Part shown: positions 50,394 through 60,147 of the stretch, one piece after another
Position numbering within the stretch: the first letter of the stretch is position 1
How the letters are laid out: every line of letters begins with the position of its first letter
NCBI GenBank assembly: GCA_963719495.1
Contig: CAVRCI010000010.1
Location: 1 to 64,000, forward strand
DNA: 64,000 nt
Origin: an uncultured Verrucomicrobiae bacterium
GTDB lineage: Bacteria; Verrucomicrobiota; Verrucomicrobiia; Chthoniobacterales; JAATET01
Direction: 5' to 3'
Notes under the pieces: model-generated
What the model was told of the DNA's origin: nothing
What the model saw: the letters and a program-made list of their open reading frames with translations, nothing else
Databases searched by the model: none
Made by a program: the position numbers and the translations under genes

Positions 50394-50620
50394 ATCAACC
50401 AGGCTCAAGGGGGAGCGCACGCGTCCCCGCGTGCGAGCGACGACGTCCCGCCGTCGCGCCCCGGCAATCCGCGAAGCGGGAGCCGACCGCAATCTGTTGA
50501 CTCGCTCGCTCCCGCTCGTCTCGCCCTCCGGGCTGCAGCGCAGAGCCGATGCAGTCTGCCTCGCGGCTTTCCAGCCGCCGATGCTCCACCAATCACCATT
50601 CACCAGTCACCAATCACCAG

Positions 50621-51616
50621 CTAAAAAAAGCTCCCCACCAGCTCCTCCGGCCCCACCGTAGCCGTCCCCAGTTTCCCAACCACGATCCCCGCCGCGTGGT
50701 TCGCCATCTCCGCCGCCTCCCGAGCGCTCACGCCGGCCGCCAGCCCCAGCGCGTAAACCGCGATCACCGTGTCGCCCGCGCCCGACACGTCGAACACCTC
50801 CTGCGCCCGAGTCGGCGTGTGATAAGGCTCGTTCCCGCGCTCGAACAAAATCATCCCGTGTTCGCCCAGCGTCACCAGCAGCTGCTCGACGTCCCACATT
50901 TCCACCAACCGCCGCCCGACCTCCAGCAGCGGCCCGTCGCTCAGCGGTTCATCCTCGGCCTCCGTCAGCACCACCCCCGCCGCCGCGAAAGCCTCACCCC
51001 GGTTCGGCTTGATCACCGTCGCCCCCGACCAGTCGATCGGATTGCCGGGATTCGGATCCACGCACACGACCAATCCGCGATCCGCCGCCGCCTCACAGAT
51101 CCGGTCCTTCATCGCCTGATTGAGAAATCCTTTGCCGTAATCTTCGAATATCACCACGTCCGTTTCCGTTAGGACTTCGTGCACGCGCTCCATCACCTCG
51201 TCCATCAAGGTCTCGCCAATGCGCGTCCGCCGCTCGCGGTCCACCCGCACGACCTGTTGCTGACGCGCAATAATCCGCGTTTTCACGATCGTCGGCCACC
51301 CGTCCGCCTTCACCAACGAGTCGGTCCGAATCCCCTCCGCTTCCAGGAGCTCCACCAACTGAGCCCCGTAAACGTCCTTCCCGATCGCCCCCAGCACGCC
51401 CACGTGCGGCGTGAATTCCACCAGATTCCGCGCCACGTTCGCCGCGCCGCCCGGGTAGCTGCTCTGACTCACCACTTCGACCACCGGCACGGGCGCCTCG
51501 GGCGAGATGCGCGACACCTTCCCCCATACGAATTCGTCCAGCATCACGTCGCCGATCACGAGGATCCGTTTGCCGGCCGCCGTCCGAAGAATATGTTGTA
51601 ATCTCTCTGAATTCAT
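50621..51616 (-). CDS. hldA: D-glycero-beta-D-manno-heptose-7-phosphate kinase (RfaE domain I)
   Basis: GDVMLD, RISPEAPVPVV, DVSGAGDTV. Confidence 0.92.
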   Translation of the reverse strand: MNSERLQHILRTAAGKRILVIGDVMLDEFVWGKVSRISPEAPVPVVEVVSQSSYPGGAANVARNLVEFTPHVGVLGAIGKDVYGAQLVELLEAEGIRTDSLVKADGWPTIVKTRIIARQQQVVRVDRERRTRIGETLMDEVMERVHEVLTETDVVIFEDYGKGFLNQAMKDRICEAAADRGLVVCVDPNPGNPIDWSGATVIKPNRGEAFAAAGVVLTEAEDEPLSDGPLLEVGRRLVEMWDVEQLLVTLGEHGMILFERGNEPYHTPTRAQEVFDVSGAGDTVIAVYALGLAAGVSAREAAEMANHAAGIVVGKLGTATVGPEELVGSFF

Positions 51617-51684
51617 AAATCATCGCCCGCAGTGCAACCCGGACCGACCACGGGGCCCGCACTCATACAACGAACGTCCTTAAT

Positions 51685-52497
51685 ATGAGAATGAACTTTT
51701 TCGCTTCGATCCTCGTTCTAGCCGCCACGCCAACGCTCGCTCTGCGCGCCGAGTCCGTGCCATCCAAGATCGATCTGGCCAGTCTGCCCGCCAACACCGT
51801 CGACTCCGTCGTCGTCCCGGTTCCCAGCGAAGTGTTCAACGTCCTCGATAAACTCGGGACCCCGAATTGGAAGGGGCAGCTCCGCTCGTCCCTCGGCAGC
51901 CAGTCACCCGACCGCGCCCAGGTCGCCCTCCTCCTCGGCACCGTCATCGCCGAAGGCTTCATCGCCGTCGAAGCCGAGGACGCCGAGCGGGTCAAGGAAA
52001 TCGGTCGCGAAGTCCTCGACCTCTCCGACGCCATCGGCGTCAAGGACGCTGTCCTCAAACGCAGCAAAAGCATCATCGACCTCGCCGACGCCCGCGAATG
52101 GAAATCCGTCCGGCGCGAACTCGACGGTGCCCAGTCGGACGTCAAAGGGGCCATGGCCGAACTCAACGACGACGACCTGGCCCAACTCGTCAGCCTCGGC
52201 GGCTGGATTCGCGGCACCGAAGTGGTCACCTCCATCGTCGGAGCCGATTACAAATCCGACCGCGCCGAGCTCCTTCACCAGCCGGAGCTTCTCGCCTACT
52301 TCGATCGCCGGATCGAGGCCATGAACCCCCGCCTTCGCAAAAGCGACCTCATCGCCCAGATCCGCGCCATGCTCACCGAGATCCGCCCCCTCATCCTCGA
52401 AGGCGGCGGCCAGAAGATCAGCCCGAAAAGCGTGGACCGCATCCACACCATGACCAAGGAAATGGTCCAGACCATCGCTTCGTCCAGCGACGCCTAA
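51685..52497 (+). CDS. Hypothetical secreted helical protein
   Basis: Signal peptide; normal codon usage. Confidence 0.75.
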   Translation: MRMNFFASILVLAATPTLALRAESVPSKIDLASLPANTVDSVVVPVPSEVFNVLDKLGTPNWKGQLRSSLGSQSPDRAQVALLLGTVIAEGFIAVEAEDAERVKEIGREVLDLSDAIGVKDAVLKRSKSIIDLADAREWKSVRRELDGAQSDVKGAMAELNDDDLAQLVSLGGWIRGTEVVTSIVGADYKSDRAELLHQPELLAYFDRRIEAMNPRLRKSDLIAQIRAMLTEIRPLILEGGGQKISPKSVDRIHTMTKEMVQTIASSSDA

Positions 52498-52513
52498 TCA
52501 AACTAACGCCACC

Positions 52514-52939
52514 GTGAAACGCCTCCTCACCACGACCGCGGCCCTCTTCGCATTGGGCGGAATCGCCTACGCGACCGTCGACGACGCCCTCTCGTTTGCT
52601 TACGAGGCGGCCACTCCCTACGTTGAAAAAGGCTTCACCTTCCGCGAAGACGCGTGGGGCGGCGACCTCGGCGTCGGCGAGCAGAAGGCGGTCACCGCCC
52701 AGCTCTTCAAGGGTAACGACTACTGGTTCTGCCTCGGCACGGACGCCGACGGTGCCGAACTCAGCGTTCACATTTACGACGACAAAGGAAACCTGGTTGA
52801 AGCGAAGGATTGGCAAAAAGGCCGCTTCGCCGGAGCCAGCGTCAAACCCAAGCGCTCGGGCACCTACTACGCGATCGTCACCGTGAACAAATCCGCGATC
52901 GAACGCACCCACTGGGCCCTCGTTTACGGGTATCAGTAG
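52514..52939 (+). CDS. Hypothetical secreted protein (PPC-like beta-sandwich)
   Basis: Signal peptide ending AYA; IYDDKGN, SGTYY. Confidence 0.75.
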   Translation: MKRLLTTTAALFALGGIAYATVDDALSFAYEAATPYVEKGFTFREDAWGGDLGVGEQKAVTAQLFKGNDYWFCLGTDADGAELSVHIYDDKGNLVEAKDWQKGRFAGASVKPKRSGTYYAIVTVNKSAIERTHWALVYGYQ

Positions 52940-52949
52940 TCGAGCCGAC

Positions 52950-53936
52950 ATGGCCTCCACGCCTTCGCCGACCGCGACGACTCTCGAGTTCGAGAACGCC
53001 CGCGCCCTCCAGTCACTCTACGCCCACGACGAGAAGCTCCTCCGCGAACTCGAGTCGAAACTCGCCGTCCGAGTCACCGCCCGCGACGCCCAACTCCACG
53101 TCGACGGCGATCCCGCCGCCGTCGAGACCGTCCGCCGCGTCTTCGATCAGCTCTCCGAAGCCCGCACCCGCGGCCTGACGATCCGGCGCCACGAGTTCCT
53201 CTACGCCATCGAGCAAGCCGCCCACCCGACCGGAGCCGGCCTCGGCAAACTCCTCGACGAAAAGATCACCTGCTCGTCCCGCAAACCCCCGATCGTCCCG
53301 AAGACCGAAGGCCAGCGCGAATACATCCGCACGATCCGCGAAAACGATATCGCCTTCGGCATCGGCCCCGCCGGCACCGGCAAGACCTACCTCGCCATGG
53401 CCCTCGCCGTCTCGGCCCTCAAGCAGGAAAAAGTCAGCCGCATCATCCTCACGCGCCCCGCCGTCGAAGCCGGCGAAGCCCTCGGCTTCCTCCCCGGCGA
53501 CCTCCAGGAAAAAATCCTCCCCTACCTCCGCCCCCTCTACGATGCGCTCAACGACATGCTCGAGATCGAGGAGCTGCAAAAATTCATGGACCGCGGCGTC
53601 ATCGAGATCGCCCCGCTCGCCTACATGCGCGGACGCACGCTCAACAACGCCTTCATCGTCCTCGACGAAGCGCAGAACACGACCACCGAGCAGATGTTCA
53701 TGTTTCTCACCCGCCTCGGAGCCGAGTCGAAGTGCGTTGTCACCGGCGACCGCACCCAGATCGACCTTCCCAAGAACAAACGCAGCGGCCTCATCGAAGC
53801 CGTCGACGCCCTCCAGGACATCGAGGGCATCGGCATCCACCTCTTCCGCGAATCCGACGTCGTCCGCCACCAGCTCGTCCAACGCATCCTCCGCGCCTAC
53901 CGAAAACACCGCGGCCTCCAGGACAGCCTCATTTAA
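52950..53936 (+). CDS. phoH: PhoH family ATPase
   Basis: GPAGTGKTYLA, RPAVEAGE.LGFLPG, YMRGRT, DEAQN. Confidence 0.95.
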   Translation: MASTPSPTATTLEFENARALQSLYAHDEKLLRELESKLAVRVTARDAQLHVDGDPAAVETVRRVFDQLSEARTRGLTIRRHEFLYAIEQAAHPTGAGLGKLLDEKITCSSRKPPIVPKTEGQREYIRTIRENDIAFGIGPAGTGKTYLAMALAVSALKQEKVSRIILTRPAVEAGEALGFLPGDLQEKILPYLRPLYDALNDMLEIEELQKFMDRGVIEIAPLAYMRGRTLNNAFIVLDEAQNTTTEQMFMFLTRLGAESKCVVTGDRTQIDLPKNKRSGLIEAVDALQDIEGIGIHLFRESDVVRHQLVQRILRAYRKHRGLQDSLI

Positions 53937-54049
53937 TTGCGGATTTCGGATTTCGGATTTCGGATTTAATTCATGATCGCGCTCCATCAACCCGCGCCAG
54001 CGGCTGACCATTTCACATTCCGCATTTCAAATTTCGAATTTTCGCAAAA

Positions 54050-55654
54050 GTGAGCATCTGGAACAGTCAACGCCGCCGCCTCGTGAGCCAGGGGCTCGCC
54101 AGCGCGAAGAAGCGCCGCAAGCAGGTCGACAGCCCGCTCGGCGAAGCGCTCGAAAACGGCTGGTCCGCCCGCTTGGCCATCTGCCTCGCCTTCATCCTCG
54201 GCCTCGGCGTTCTCATCTTCGCCGGTCCCATGGCCGAGCCGCTCAAGAAATTCCTCGTCTGCTTTCTCGTCTTCGTCACGGCCCTCGCGCAGCTCTGGAT
54301 CAACCACCCCCAGACCCTCATCAGCAACACCCGCCTGCTGCTCGTCCTCTCCGTCTGCTTCCTCCAGCTCATCGCCGTCAAACTCATCCTCGTGAACGCC
54401 GGCCCCGACGGGATCAACCCCGCGATGGCCCCCGTCCTCATCCCCTACGCCTTCGCCCCGCTGGTTCTCTCGCTCCTCCTCGGCAAACACCACGGCCTCT
54501 ACGCCGCCGTCTTCTGCTCGCTCTGGGGCACGTTTCTCCTCCCCCAGCTCAATTCCGTTTTCCTCGTCATCTCCCTCATCACCGGCATCGTCGCCGTCTC
54601 GGTCACCATCCAGGTCCGCCGCCGCGGCCGCCTCATTCGCGCCGGGATCTACGTCGGAGCCGCCACCTGGGTGCTCGCCGCGGTCTTCGGCCTGGTCGGT
54701 CCCATCGTCTGGGAAAATCTGCCCGCCACGGACTGGAATCTCCTCGGTTGGCAGAGCTTCGCCGCCCTCGCGACCGGTTTCCTCACCGCCATCGTGATCA
54801 GCGGCATCCTCCCGGCCATCGAAGGCACGTTCAACATCACCACCGACATCTCCTGGCTCGAGATGTCCGACATGAACCACCCGCTCCTCCGCCGCCTCTC
54901 GATGGAGGCCCCCGGCACCTACCACCACAGCCTCGCCGTCGCGAACCTCGCGGAGGCCGCCGCCGAGGCCATCGGAGCCAACCCGACGATCTGCCGCGTG
55001 AGCGCCTACTTCCACGACATCGGCAAACTCGTGAAGCCGGACTACTTCAACGAAAACATGCCCGCGGGCCACAACCCGCACGACGACCTCACGCCCACGA
55101 TGAGCTCGCTTATCATCATCGCGCACGTGAAAGAAGGCGTCGACCTCGGCCTCAAGCACAACCTCAACTCCCTCCTCGTCGACGCCATCCAGCAACACCA
55201 CGGCACCTCCCTCGTCGGCTACTTTTACCAACGCGCCCTCCAGCAGCAGGAAGACGCCCGCCTCGGCGGCAAGATCATGAACATGCGCGCCGAGGATATC
55301 CCGGAGGTTCGCCAGGAATCCTTCCGCTACCCCGGCCCCCGCCCGCAGACCCGCGAGAGCGCCATCGTCAGCCTCGCCGACTCCATCGAAAGCGCCTCCC
55401 GCTCGCTCGACCGCCCGACGCCCCAACGCATCGAGGACCTCATTCACGACCTGATCGACGCCCGTATCGCCGATCACCAGCTCGATGAAGCCCCCGTCAC
55501 CCTAGACGAAATCCGCCGCATTGCCGAAGCTTTCCGCACGACCCTCAACTCGATGCTCCACTCCCGCGTCGCCTACCCGAAGTCGAAGGAGGCCAAGGAG
55601 AAAGAAAAAGAGAAGGAAAAGAGCAAGGCCGAGCGAACCGCGGAAGCCGCGTGA
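54050..55654 (+). CDS. 7TM-HD (HDIG) phosphohydrolase, PgpH/YqfF-like
   Basis: TM block, APGTYHHS, HDIGK, QHHGT, RYPGPRP, LADS.E. Confidence 0.9.
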   Translation: MSIWNSQRRRLVSQGLASAKKRRKQVDSPLGEALENGWSARLAICLAFILGLGVLIFAGPMAEPLKKFLVCFLVFVTALAQLWINHPQTLISNTRLLLVLSVCFLQLIAVKLILVNAGPDGINPAMAPVLIPYAFAPLVLSLLLGKHHGLYAAVFCSLWGTFLLPQLNSVFLVISLITGIVAVSVTIQVRRRGRLIRAGIYVGAATWVLAAVFGLVGPIVWENLPATDWNLLGWQSFAALATGFLTAIVISGILPAIEGTFNITTDISWLEMSDMNHPLLRRLSMEAPGTYHHSLAVANLAEAAAEAIGANPTICRVSAYFHDIGKLVKPDYFNENMPAGHNPHDDLTPTMSSLIIIAHVKEGVDLGLKHNLNSLLVDAIQQHHGTSLVGYFYQRALQQQEDARLGGKIMNMRAEDIPEVRQESFRYPGPRPQTRESAIVSLADSIESASRSLDRPTPQRIEDLIHDLIDARIADHQLDEAPVTLDEIRRIAEAFRTTLNSMLHSRVAYPKSKEAKEKEKEKEKSKAERTAEAA

Positions 55655-56094
55655 CCCCGCCCGAGCTTTCGATCACCAACCGCCAGCGAAAAATTCCGGT
55701 CGACCTCCCGCGGCTCCGCCGCCTCGCCGCGTTCGCGCTCCCGATCTGCCTCGCCGACCCCGGCCCCGACGAAGCCCCACTCCTCGCCGACCTACCCGTC
55801 GTCGACGTCTCCATCCTCTCGTCCCGTGAAATGTCCCGCGTCCACCGGGAATTCCTCCAAATCTCCGGCCCCACCGACGTCATTACCTTCCCCTACGGCG
55901 AGATCCTCGTCTGCGCCGAAGTCGCCGTGGCTCAGGCTCCCGCCCACGGTCTCGACCCCGACGACGAACTCGCCCTCTACGTCATTCACGGCCTCCTCCA
56001 CCTCAACGGCTACGACGACATCCAGCCCGAGGCCGCCCAACGAATGCGTTTCCGACAGGCAAACATTTTGAACACAGCCCGCAAACAGCTGTAG
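55651..56094 (+). CDS. ybeY: rRNA maturation endoribonuclease YbeY
   Basis: PTDVITF, HGLLHLNGYDD. Confidence 0.92.
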   Translation: MTPPELSITNRQRKIPVDLPRLRRLAAFALPICLADPGPDEAPLLADLPVVDVSILSSREMSRVHREFLQISGPTDVITFPYGEILVCAEVAVAQAPAHGLDPDDELALYVIHGLLHLNGYDDIQPEAAQRMRFRQANILNTARKQL

Positions 56095-56109
56095 ACTCCT
56101 GCCGACCGC

Positions 56110-56688
56110 ATGGAATTTTTCGACCCACCATCGCCCGAAACGCACCTCGAGGATCCGCTCGAATCCGCCCTCCGGATTGCCAACCCGACTTTCGACGTCA
56201 CGGCACCGCTCACGTTCCGCAATTTCTCCCGCTTCGACCTCGCCGCCGCCGGCTGGCGCGACACCATCTTCGTTCCCACCCTGCTCCCGGCGATCGTCAC
56301 CACCCTCGACCTCGCCTCCGCCGGAGAAGTCCGCGAGATCATCGAGCTCGAGACCAATCTCCTCGCAACGACCACCGCCGCCACCGCTCCGGCCCTCATC
56401 GCCGAAGGCCGCCGCCTCGCCGAGGCCACCGGCGACCCCCGCGGCGACCGCGTCCTCCCGCGACTCCACGCCGCCATCCGGTCCGGACAGATGAGGGGAC
56501 ACTTCACGGTCCTCTTCGCCGCTCGCTGCGCCGTTTTCTCCATCCCCACCAGAGTCGCCCTCGGAGCCTACCTGCTCCAGGAACTTCTCGCCGGCTCACC
56601 CGACATCCGCGCGTCCCGAGCCCTCGACTTCGCCGCTACCTGCCTCGACACCCTCGACCTGACTGCCCCGCAGCTTCGCGCCGCGTAG
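56110..56688 (+). CDS. Hypothetical protein (weakly UreF-like)
   Basis: Operonic ORF with normal codon usage; family assignment weak. Confidence 0.6.
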   Translation: MEFFDPPSPETHLEDPLESALRIANPTFDVTAPLTFRNFSRFDLAAAGWRDTIFVPTLLPAIVTTLDLASAGEVREIIELETNLLATTTAATAPALIAEGRRLAEATGDPRGDRVLPRLHAAIRSGQMRGHFTVLFAARCAVFSIPTRVALGAYLLQELLAGSPDIRASRALDFAATCLDTLDLTAPQLRAA

Positions 56689-56698
56689 AGCCCGCCCC

Positions 56699-56980
56699 AT
56701 GGCCACCCGCGTCCTCGAAGCTCCGGAAACCGACGTCGATCTCGACCTGCCGTGGAACGTCGTCGTCCACAACGACCCGGTCAATCTCATGAGCTACGTG
56801 TCGCTCATCTTCCGCCGCGTCTTCGGTTTCTCCCGCGAAAAAGCCGAGCACCACATGATGGAAGTCCACGAACTGGGCCGCTCCATCGTCTGGACCGGAG
56901 AGCGCGAGAAAGCCGAGCTCTTCGTCCAACAACTTCACCTCCACCTCCTCCTCGCCACCCTCGAGCAGGCGGAGGGCTGA
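56699..56980 (+). CDS. clpS: ATP-dependent Clp protease adaptor ClpS
   Basis: VVVHNDPVNLMSYV, MMEVH..G. Confidence 0.93.
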   Translation: MATRVLEAPETDVDLDLPWNVVVHNDPVNLMSYVSLIFRRVFGFSREKAEHHMMEVHELGRSIVWTGEREKAELFVQQLHLHLLLATLEQAEG

Positions 56981-56984
56981 CCCG

Positions 56985-57479
56985 ATGCAGTTCCAGATCC
57001 TTGACGACGCCGCCATCGGCTTCACGCGCATCCACCCCCTCCTCGCCGAGCTCCTCCGCAACGTTCCCCTCGCGACCGATCCGCGCAATCTCTCCGAGTC
57101 CGCGCAGGAACGCCTTTTCCCGCCCCCGTCCGACGACCCCGACCTCGACCGTCTCCGCTCGGATTGGGCGGCCTTCGTCACCCCCGACCTCTCCGAGCAC
57201 TTCCAATCCGCCCGCGACGTCGTCGCCGCCGATCTCCGCCGACTCGACGAAACCGAAGACCAACTCTTCGAACTCCGAATCCCCAACGGCCACGCCGAAG
57301 CCTGGCTCAACGTCCTCAACCAAGCTCGCCTCGCCCTCGCGACCGACATCGGCTACGAGCAGGAAGACCCGGACGAAGTCGGCGAAGCCCCCGACCTCCT
57401 CACCGAGTCCGGCGTCGCCACCTTCCGACTCAACCTCTACGCCTTCATGCAGCAATGCCTGGTCGAATTCCTCGACTAG
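56985..57479 (+). CDS. DUF2017-like protein
   Basis: RLFP, AEAWLNVLNQARLAL; adjacent to clpS. Confidence 0.75.
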   Translation: MQFQILDDAAIGFTRIHPLLAELLRNVPLATDPRNLSESAQERLFPPPSDDPDLDRLRSDWAAFVTPDLSEHFQSARDVVAADLRRLDETEDQLFELRIPNGHAEAWLNVLNQARLALATDIGYEQEDPDEVGEAPDLLTESGVATFRLNLYAFMQQCLVEFLD

Positions 57480-57559
57480 TTTCAAGGAGCGGCGATTTGC
57501 AATCGCCGACCCAACCCAAAGCGAGCGAAGCGAGCTCATAACCTCCCACCCGAGCAAAC

Positions 57560-58096
57560 GTGGAAAAATCCCGCGCCATCCTCATCCGGCGCTACCGCTT
57601 CTCCGAGACGAGCCTGCTCTGCATCTGGATCACCGAGACCCACGGTAAGATCAAGACTTCGGCCCGCGGCGCGCTGCAACCCAAGAGCGCCTTCCGCGGC
57701 AAACTCGACGTCTTCCACGAGGTCGAAATCGGCTTCGATCCCCCGAAGACCGGCGAGATTCACAACCTCCGCGAGGCCATCCTCCTCCACCCCTTCGCCG
57801 GCCCCGACGTCCGCTACGCCAACCTCGCCGTCGCCGCCTACTTCGGCGACCTCACCGACCTTGCCACCGAAACCTCCGCCCCCGCCGACGAAATTTTCAC
57901 TCTCCTCGCCCGTGCCGTCGCCTACCTCCGCACCACGCCCCCAACCCACCGGGCTATCCACTTCTTCGAGGCGGAACTCTGCAAAACCCTCGGTATTCAG
58001 AACGAACGAACCGACCCCCTCCAATCCCTCACCACCCACTGCGGCCGAATCCCCAAATCCCGCCAGCCCGCTGTGAAAATCCTGAATACGGTTTGA
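57560..58096 (+). CDS. recO: DNA repair protein RecO (short form)
   Basis: ETSL...T..HGKI...ARGA..PKS; FE..L...LG. Confidence 0.85.
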   Translation: MEKSRAILIRRYRFSETSLLCIWITETHGKIKTSARGALQPKSAFRGKLDVFHEVEIGFDPPKTGEIHNLREAILLHPFAGPDVRYANLAVAAYFGDLTDLATETSAPADEIFTLLARAVAYLRTTPPTHRAIHFFEAELCKTLGIQNERTDPLQSLTTHCGRIPKSRQPAVKILNTV

Positions 58097-58199
58097 ACAG
58101 AAGAGCGCAAAGTTCGCGAAGGGAATGCCGCCCAGCTCCGCTGGTCGGCATTCCCTTCCTCCTTTCACCCTTTGCGACCTTTGCGACCTTCTGTTCAAA
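58092..58199. repeat. 32-bp inverted repeat (28/32) built of 9-mer units, with a nested hairpin
   Basis: tttgaacagaag...aaggg / ccctttgcgacctttgcgaccttctgttcaaa. Confidence 0.85.
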
Positions 58200-58225
58200 G
58201 CATTTGTATTGTAATCCTCACCCCG

Positions 58226-58786
58226 ATGACCCGTGACCCGTCCTCCGCCGGCAACCTCACCGGTTCCCTCCTGATCGCCCACCCCAGCCTGCGCGACGCG
58301 AATTTCCGGCGCACCATCATCCTCCTCTCCCACCACAGCGCCGAGGACGGAGCCGTCGGCATCGTCCTCAACCGCCCCGCCAACCAGTCGATCAGCGATC
58401 TCTCCACCGACCTCCTCCCGACCTTCCTCTCCAGCGTCCCCGTTTTCGTCGGCGGACCCGTCTCCGACGCCGACCTCCTCCTCGCCAGCATCGAATGGGA
58501 TGCCGCGCGGAATTCCGTCCTCTTCCAGACCTTCGGTGAACCCGACGAGGCGGAGCAAATCCCGTCCGAAATTCGCCCCACGCTCCGAGCCTTCCTCGGC
58601 TACTCCGGCTGGAGCCGCGGCCAACTCGAAGCCGAGATCGCCCAGACCGGCTGGCTCGTCGTCCCACCGAACCGCGCGCTCATTCAAGCCGAGAACACCG
58701 AACTCGAATGGCGCGCCTTCATGCGTTCCGTCAGCCCCATCCACCACCTCCTGGCGGAAATGCCCGACGATCCGTCGCTCAATTGA
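58226..58786 (+). CDS. YqgE/AlgH family protein
   Basis: D.NFRRTII, GIVLNRP, GGPV, GYSGW..GQLE.E. Confidence 0.92.
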   Translation: MTRDPSSAGNLTGSLLIAHPSLRDANFRRTIILLSHHSAEDGAVGIVLNRPANQSISDLSTDLLPTFLSSVPVFVGGPVSDADLLLASIEWDAARNSVLFQTFGEPDEAEQIPSEIRPTLRAFLGYSGWSRGQLEAEIAQTGWLVVPPNRALIQAENTELEWRAFMRSVSPIHHLLAEMPDDPSLN

Positions 58787-59345
58787 CCGGCCCGCGCAGC
58801 GCAAACGCCAGCAACATCAGCGAAGCCGCCGCGATCCAGGAGGCCACCACCCGCACCCCGACGTGCGCCCAGAATCGGTCCGGCCGCAACGACGCGTAAA
58901 ACGCCACGTTCGCAATCACCAGCAGCACCGCAACCCCGGTCCCCGTCAGGATCAGCAGCGTGGGAAAGACCGCCCCCACCTCCGGCGGGGAATCCAAACC
59001 AACCAACAACGCGGCCGCACCAATCAAACCGGCTCGACTTAGAATCCGCTTCGGCCAATCGGCCACGACCCCCAGCGCAACCACCAAAGTCCAGCCCGTC
59101 AAAATCCCCCGAATCACCGCCGACTCCGGAACCCACACCGAAGCCAGCAGACCGACCGCCACCCCGACGAGCGCCGCGATCATCCCCTCGCGCAGACGCA
59201 GCGGAATCCCCTGCGACAGCATCAGCCCACCCGCCACCAGTAGCAGCAGGTGAGTCGGGACCGTGAGCGGGTGGACCAGCCCGTTGAGAAAGCTCCCCGC
59301 CCCCGGCAGCGTCGAGTGAGCGAAGAAACTACCACCCGCCATCAC
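58779..59345 (-). CDS. HupE/UreJ family protein (divergent)
   Basis: AH...GLVHPL...HLL, RVVASWIAA. Confidence 0.8.
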   Translation of the reverse strand: MMAGGSFFAHSTLPGAGSFLNGLVHPLTVPTHLLLLVAGGLMLSQGIPLRLREGMIAALVGVAVGLLASVWVPESAVIRGILTGWTLVVALGVVADWPKRILSRAGLIGAAALLVGLDSPPEVGAVFPTLLILTGTGVAVLLVIANVAFYASLRPDRFWAHVGVRVVASWIAAASLMLLAFALRGPVN

Positions 59346-59942
59346 CTACAGGACGCCGAACAGAAACCCGGCTCCAATCAACGCGATCACGCCACCCATC
59401 GCCCGCACGGCGATCACCCCACCGGGGAAACGAGTCAATAGTCCCAGCGCGATACCGCACAGGTGAAGCAGACCTGTTCCCAGAACAAACCCAATCGCGT
59501 AGGTCACCGCGCTCGCCGAATCCGGCAGTTCAGCCCCATGGGCATACCCGTGAAAGATCGCAAAAAATCCCACGAGGATCGCCGCGAAAAGCAGCGGTGG
59601 CTTCACCGCGAACAGCACCATCGCACCCAGCAGGATGCCGGAGAACGCGATCATCTGCTCAACCGCCGGAAACGGCACCCCCATCACCCCGAAAACCCCA
59701 CCCACCGCCATCACCAGCGGAAACGTGATCGGCAAAACCCAGATCGCCGGCCGCCCGAGAAAGGCTCCCCACAACCCCACGGCAACCATCGCCACCACGT
59801 GATCCAGGCCGAAGAGCGGGTGCGTAAACCCACTGGTGAAGCCTCCCACCGCACCCACTCCCGTGTGCGCCTCCGCCAGAACGGGGGCCAGCAGGAAAAG
59901 AAGAAGCAACGGCAGGGAAAGGGCGGGACGTGGAGTTTTCAT
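59346..59942 (-). CDS. HupE/UreJ family Ni/Co transporter
   Basis: AH, GFTHPLFGLDH..AMVAVGLW, FHGYAHG.E. Confidence 0.93.
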   Translation of the reverse strand: MKTPRPALSLPLLLLFLLAPVLAEAHTGVGAVGGFTSGFTHPLFGLDHVVAMVAVGLWGAFLGRPAIWVLPITFPLVMAVGGVFGVMGVPFPAVEQMIAFSGILLGAMVLFAVKPPLLFAAILVGFFAIFHGYAHGAELPDSASAVTYAIGFVLGTGLLHLCGIALGLLTRFPGGVIAVRAMGGVIALIGAGFLFGVL

Positions 59943-60088
59943 TAAATCGTGGATTTCGTTGGGCTGGCGTGAAGGTTGGAGGAATTACGGCCCGGCACCA
60001 GCCCAGGATCATAATTTGTCAAATATTTTGCACCGTTTCCCCTTGCCGTGCGTCTCACTCACCGATTACAAACCGCCCCCAATCGTTC

Positions 60089-60103
60089 TGCGACTGAGTC
60101 TCA
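60089..60103. promoter_or_regulatory. Putative Fur-family 7-1-7 box
   Basis: TGCGACT-G-AGTCTCA (one mismatch) between divergent metal-uptake-type genes. Confidence 0.5.
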
Positions 60104-60147
60104 ATTCAGTTGAAACGCCCCAAACGCCACCGTCCAACCCCATTTTC

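Noticed and set aside
56110..56688. Urease cluster suggested by the UreF-like and UreJ-like genes
   Set aside because: No urease structural genes in the window, and the UreF similarity is weak.
12610..57508. CRISPR array formed by the identical 23-bp repeats
   Set aside because: Copies are kilobases apart, with no regular spacers and no cas genes.
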